Source: Podarcis cretensis
Lineage: Eukaryota
Length of the DNA: 64,000 nt
Direction of reading: 5' to 3'
Assembly: GCA_951804945.1 (NCBI GenBank)
Contig: OX638155.1
Coordinates: 14,942,001 to 15,006,000 of the forward strand
The translations under genes and the position numbers were made by a program. Each line of letters begins with the position of its first letter. Within the stretch, counting starts at the first letter, position 1. The notes beneath the pieces were generated by a model. That model had not been told where the DNA came from, did no database searches, and was given only the letters and a program-made list of their open reading frames with translations. This document shows, one piece after another, positions 60,619-64,000 of the stretch.

Positions 60619-61888
60619 AGGATGATTGGGGTTGGAACGATCTTCCCTCATGAGGACTGAACAATGTGGTCTCTTGGGGACAAATAATTCAAGACTTAGA
60701 TTCCTGAGGGGGAAGGGCTATCTGAGGCGATAGGTGAATTTGAATCTGGCCGTTCATAGGGAAAGGGGATTTTCCAGATGCACTGAGTCACACAAGGTAT
60801 GGCAATCCAATTTTCCCCAATCACAAATAGAGAGGGTGGTCTTAGAGAGCCAGAGGCAAGAGCCATGAACCAATTATAGTAGTGGACCCGACATTTCTAC
60901 CATCCTTGGAACTTCAGTGCCGAATGCAAAATGGCGGCATCTGTGTACAAGACAGATGAAGAACACTTAAGAGATGCAAGCGACTGCTGATCAGTTTACC
61001 GTTAAGGCAAAGTCACTTAGAAGGGAAAGTTTTCACTTCCGAAGCCGCCATTATTTTACTGCAGTTCCTTTTAATGCAGAGATGAAGGAGCGAAATAAAA
61101 TCTGTACTAATTGTGCATCACCTCTGCTGGCTGCTAGATTTATATTTAAAAGCAAAACAGATACGCTGTTCTTTTTAGCTGGATAAATATCACATGCAGC
61201 ATCTTTAAAATAATAAAGTGAGAGTCTTGTGAAAGGTGGGAGGCGTCAAGTCTCTAAAAATGTTTTCAAACGAAAACCCAGGATATTTCTGAAATATGGT
61301 GGTGTCGACTTGTTGCCATATGGGCTGGTTAGCAGCTAACCTGTATTGGGGACACTGTTTTTCAACTTGGCATTGGCAGAAAGGCCAGAAATGTAAGCTC
61401 TGCCCACTCATTCACACCTACACAAGCCCAGGCCCAGGCAAAGGGCTTTTTAATCCCATCTCTCTGTGTGTCTACAGCAAAAGCAGTTTGGACAGAGTCC
61501 TCCCCTTAATACACACATCAGCTGCTATGGGCTTGAACTTAGGAAGGGGTAGCGCATTGTGCGTAATTGGGGGCAAAAAGGTGCTACCAAGGTGTTTAAT
61601 TGAGCTGGCACTCTGAGTATGCCCTTGATCATTTAGCTCCCTTCAAGAGTAGATGAACCAAGAGAGAGAAGGCTTTGACAAATGCACAGGTGCTAGTGAA
61701 CCCTGGCATACCTTAACTATCCTCATTAATATCAGGCACACTTTCCCTCTGTATCTGAGAGGGGCAAGAGCTCCAGATATACGCAAATACCCGACTCAGC
61801 ACTCTTTATCAGTTTCCCTACTGCTAACAGGACATCGATTAGCCCTGGTGTGAAACTTTGAATTGGCCGTCCCACACAAATCAGGCTA

Positions 61889-62114
61889 CAGTGGTACCTC
61901 AGGTTAAGTACTTAATTTGTTCCGGAGGTCCGTACTTAACCTGAAACTGTTCTTAACCTGAAGCACCACTTTAGCTAATGGGGCCTCCCACTGCTGCTGC
62001 GCCGCCAGAGCCCGATTTCTGTTCTTATCCTGAAGCAAAGTTCTTAACCTGAAGCACTATTTCTGGGTTAGCGGAGTGTGTAACCTGAAGCGTATGTAAC
62101 TCGAGGTACCACTG
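61889..62114. mobile_element. Tc1/mariner-type MITE, family A
   Basis: TA-CAGTGGTACCTC ... GAGGTACCACTG-TA. Confidence 0.84.
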
Positions 62115-62226
62115 TATATCATTTCAGCAGGCAGGAGTCAATTATGATGGCTGACGATGTAAAAAATAAAATTAAACATGGGAGAATCCCCATGCCATTC
62201 CTTGGTGTCCTCCAGATATTCTGGAC

Positions 62227-62471
62227 CGGGGTCAGCAACATTTTTCAGCAGGGGGCGAGTCTACCGTCCCTCAGACCATGTGGTGGGGCGGACTATACGG
62301 GGAGAGGGATGAACAAATTCCTAAGCCTCACAAATAACCCAGAGATGCATTTTAAATAAAAGGACACATTCTACTCATGTATAAACACGCTGATTCCCAG
62401 ACCGTCCGCGGGCAGGATTGAGAAGGCGATTGGGCTGCATCCGGCCTCCAGCCTTAGGTTGCCTACCCCTG
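62227..62471. mobile_element. hAT-type MITE
   Basis: Sister of 54101; TSD TTCTGGAC/TTCTTGAC. Confidence 0.8.
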
Positions 62472-63751
62472 TTCTTGACTACAGTTCACTGTATCTTAAC
62501 ACCTTTTTTTATTGTGCACGAACATTCAGACATTTATATCACCTAGCTACAGTTTTTAGTGCTATTATCCAGTAATAGGCTGTAATTTCTCTCAGTATTA
62601 AACAGCTATTTGACATTGCTCTTTCAGTCATGTTAATTTGGGAGGATTTTCCCCCAATTAAAAACAAAAACTCCCAAGAGATACTAACATTGTGTTGAAA
62701 AACCAATTCTTTAATCTGTTAGAATGTGTTTCAAGAGGGAGGGAAGTAAGCAAGCTTGTACAGTCAGGGTACAGAGTCGGTTATTGTCATTGGCGTGAAG
62801 CGAGAAAGAAATTAGACCCCATTTCTACATAATGTAAAAAGGAGCTATGAAGATTAAGGCAACCATGTTTTTTTCCTTGTGTTCAATAAACTTTAATAAA
62901 TTGTAACTAAAAGATGTGTTCACTCAAGCATCAGATTGATCACTGAGTGAAAAATTACTGCTGCCACCACTGTCATACTTCATATTTGGCTGTTATTTGA
63001 AGATAGATGGACAAAGGAACCAGGTTTACTGAAGACTTTCCATTCTTCAGACAAAGCCACTGCAAGCACTCAGCCTGGTGAGACTGGAATTCTTAGCTAA
63101 GCAAAATGCATTCAGTTAGTCAAGCTAGATGCCGATAAAACTTTTCAATGAAATCGGTTTCGAGCAGACTCAGTTCTTGTATGGCTTCAAAATTCAGAGA
63201 GAGGCAATCTTGATTCTTGACATTCATTGCCAAATATTTCTTAACGCCCAGGCCTTAAAAACCCACCACGTAGTCAAAAGCCTCCAGGTGCCTGTAGCAA
63301 CTTCTGTTTTTGGGAGGTGTTCGTCAGCTAGAAGGCCTCATTTTTGTGCCCCCTCTCTACTTTTTGTGTGCTGTTTCTCATCTGCTTGCTTGGTCGCCTG
63401 TCGTATACAGGTTCATTTTGCAGAAAGGAAGCTGCTTCGGTGGTGCTTCGTATGGGTGGCACTTGTCAGAACCAATTGTCTTCTAACCATACGAAGACAA
63501 TTTGGAGGTTTTACCATTTAATGCTAAAGTTCAGCGATAATACAACAGCTGGAACACACTGAAATACTTGTTGCACTTGGCCTAATGTGTAGCTATCTGA
63601 TGACAGCTAACAACTGGCTGAATAAATTTATTTGACAACGATGGCACTTTCCCACTATTGTGTGATGCTGCATCTAAACCGCAGCCTGTCTGTTGCTCCT
63701 CAGACTTAAATATTATGTATTGAATGTAAAGTATTGACTTATTGAAACTAA

Positions 63752-63975
63752 GGCCCCTTCTGCACTGTAGATTTAAAACACTGTTATTGCATGACTTTGA
63801 ACAATTTTGGCTTCCCCCAAAGAATCATGGGAACTGTAGTGTTTTTTTAGGGCCCTGAGAGTTGTTAGGAGCGGCCTGTTCCTCTCACAGAGCTACAATT
63901 TCCAGAGTGGTTCAACAATCGGTCCCTCTTCCCAGGGAACTCTGGGAATTGTGAGTGGAATAGGAGTCTTAGAAA
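63752..63975. mobile_element. Partial palindromic MITE, probably PIF/Harbinger-type
   Basis: TAA-GGCCCCTTCTGCAC terminus; internal inverted segments ACAATTTCCAGAGT / ACTCTGGGAATTGT; right end missing. Confidence 0.5.
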
Positions 63976-64000
63976 GGGCCTGACTCTTCCACTGTATCCA

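Overview
This is eukaryotic, squamate-reptile (most likely lacertid lizard) genomic DNA, not prokaryotic: there is no CRISPR array, operon or rRNA/tRNA gene. The whole window appears to lie inside one + strand gene, TRIO (triple functional domain Rho-GEF). Seven coding exons, equivalent to human exons 2-8, splice with canonical AG/GT sites into a continuous 1343-nt frame encoding the Sec14/CRAL-TRIO domain and the first spectrin repeats. Exon 1 and exon 9 are not seen. The introns are dense with transposable elements: about 10 Sauria SINEs of at least 3 subfamilies, 3 BovB LINE 3' fragments (one with an intact 376-aa RT frame), L1-like, L2 and RTE fragments, a Squam3-like SINE, many Tc1/mariner-type (TA TSD) and hAT-type (8-bp TSD) MITEs, two related solo LTRs, Penelope-like remnants with hammerhead-like motifs and 5S-derived remnants. 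There is one 165-N assembly gap. Most ORFs in the supplied track are spurious. I see no clearly new multi-gene system. The best leads are: an ATG-less acidic/basic peptide frame shared by two divergent solo LTRs; decayed hammerhead-like motifs, one beside a palindrome-bearing 60-bp tandem repeat; candidate alternative non-coding first exons in intron 1; and inverted SINE/LINE pairs bracketing exon blocks. TE family names and human TRIO comparisons come from memory, not from a database search.
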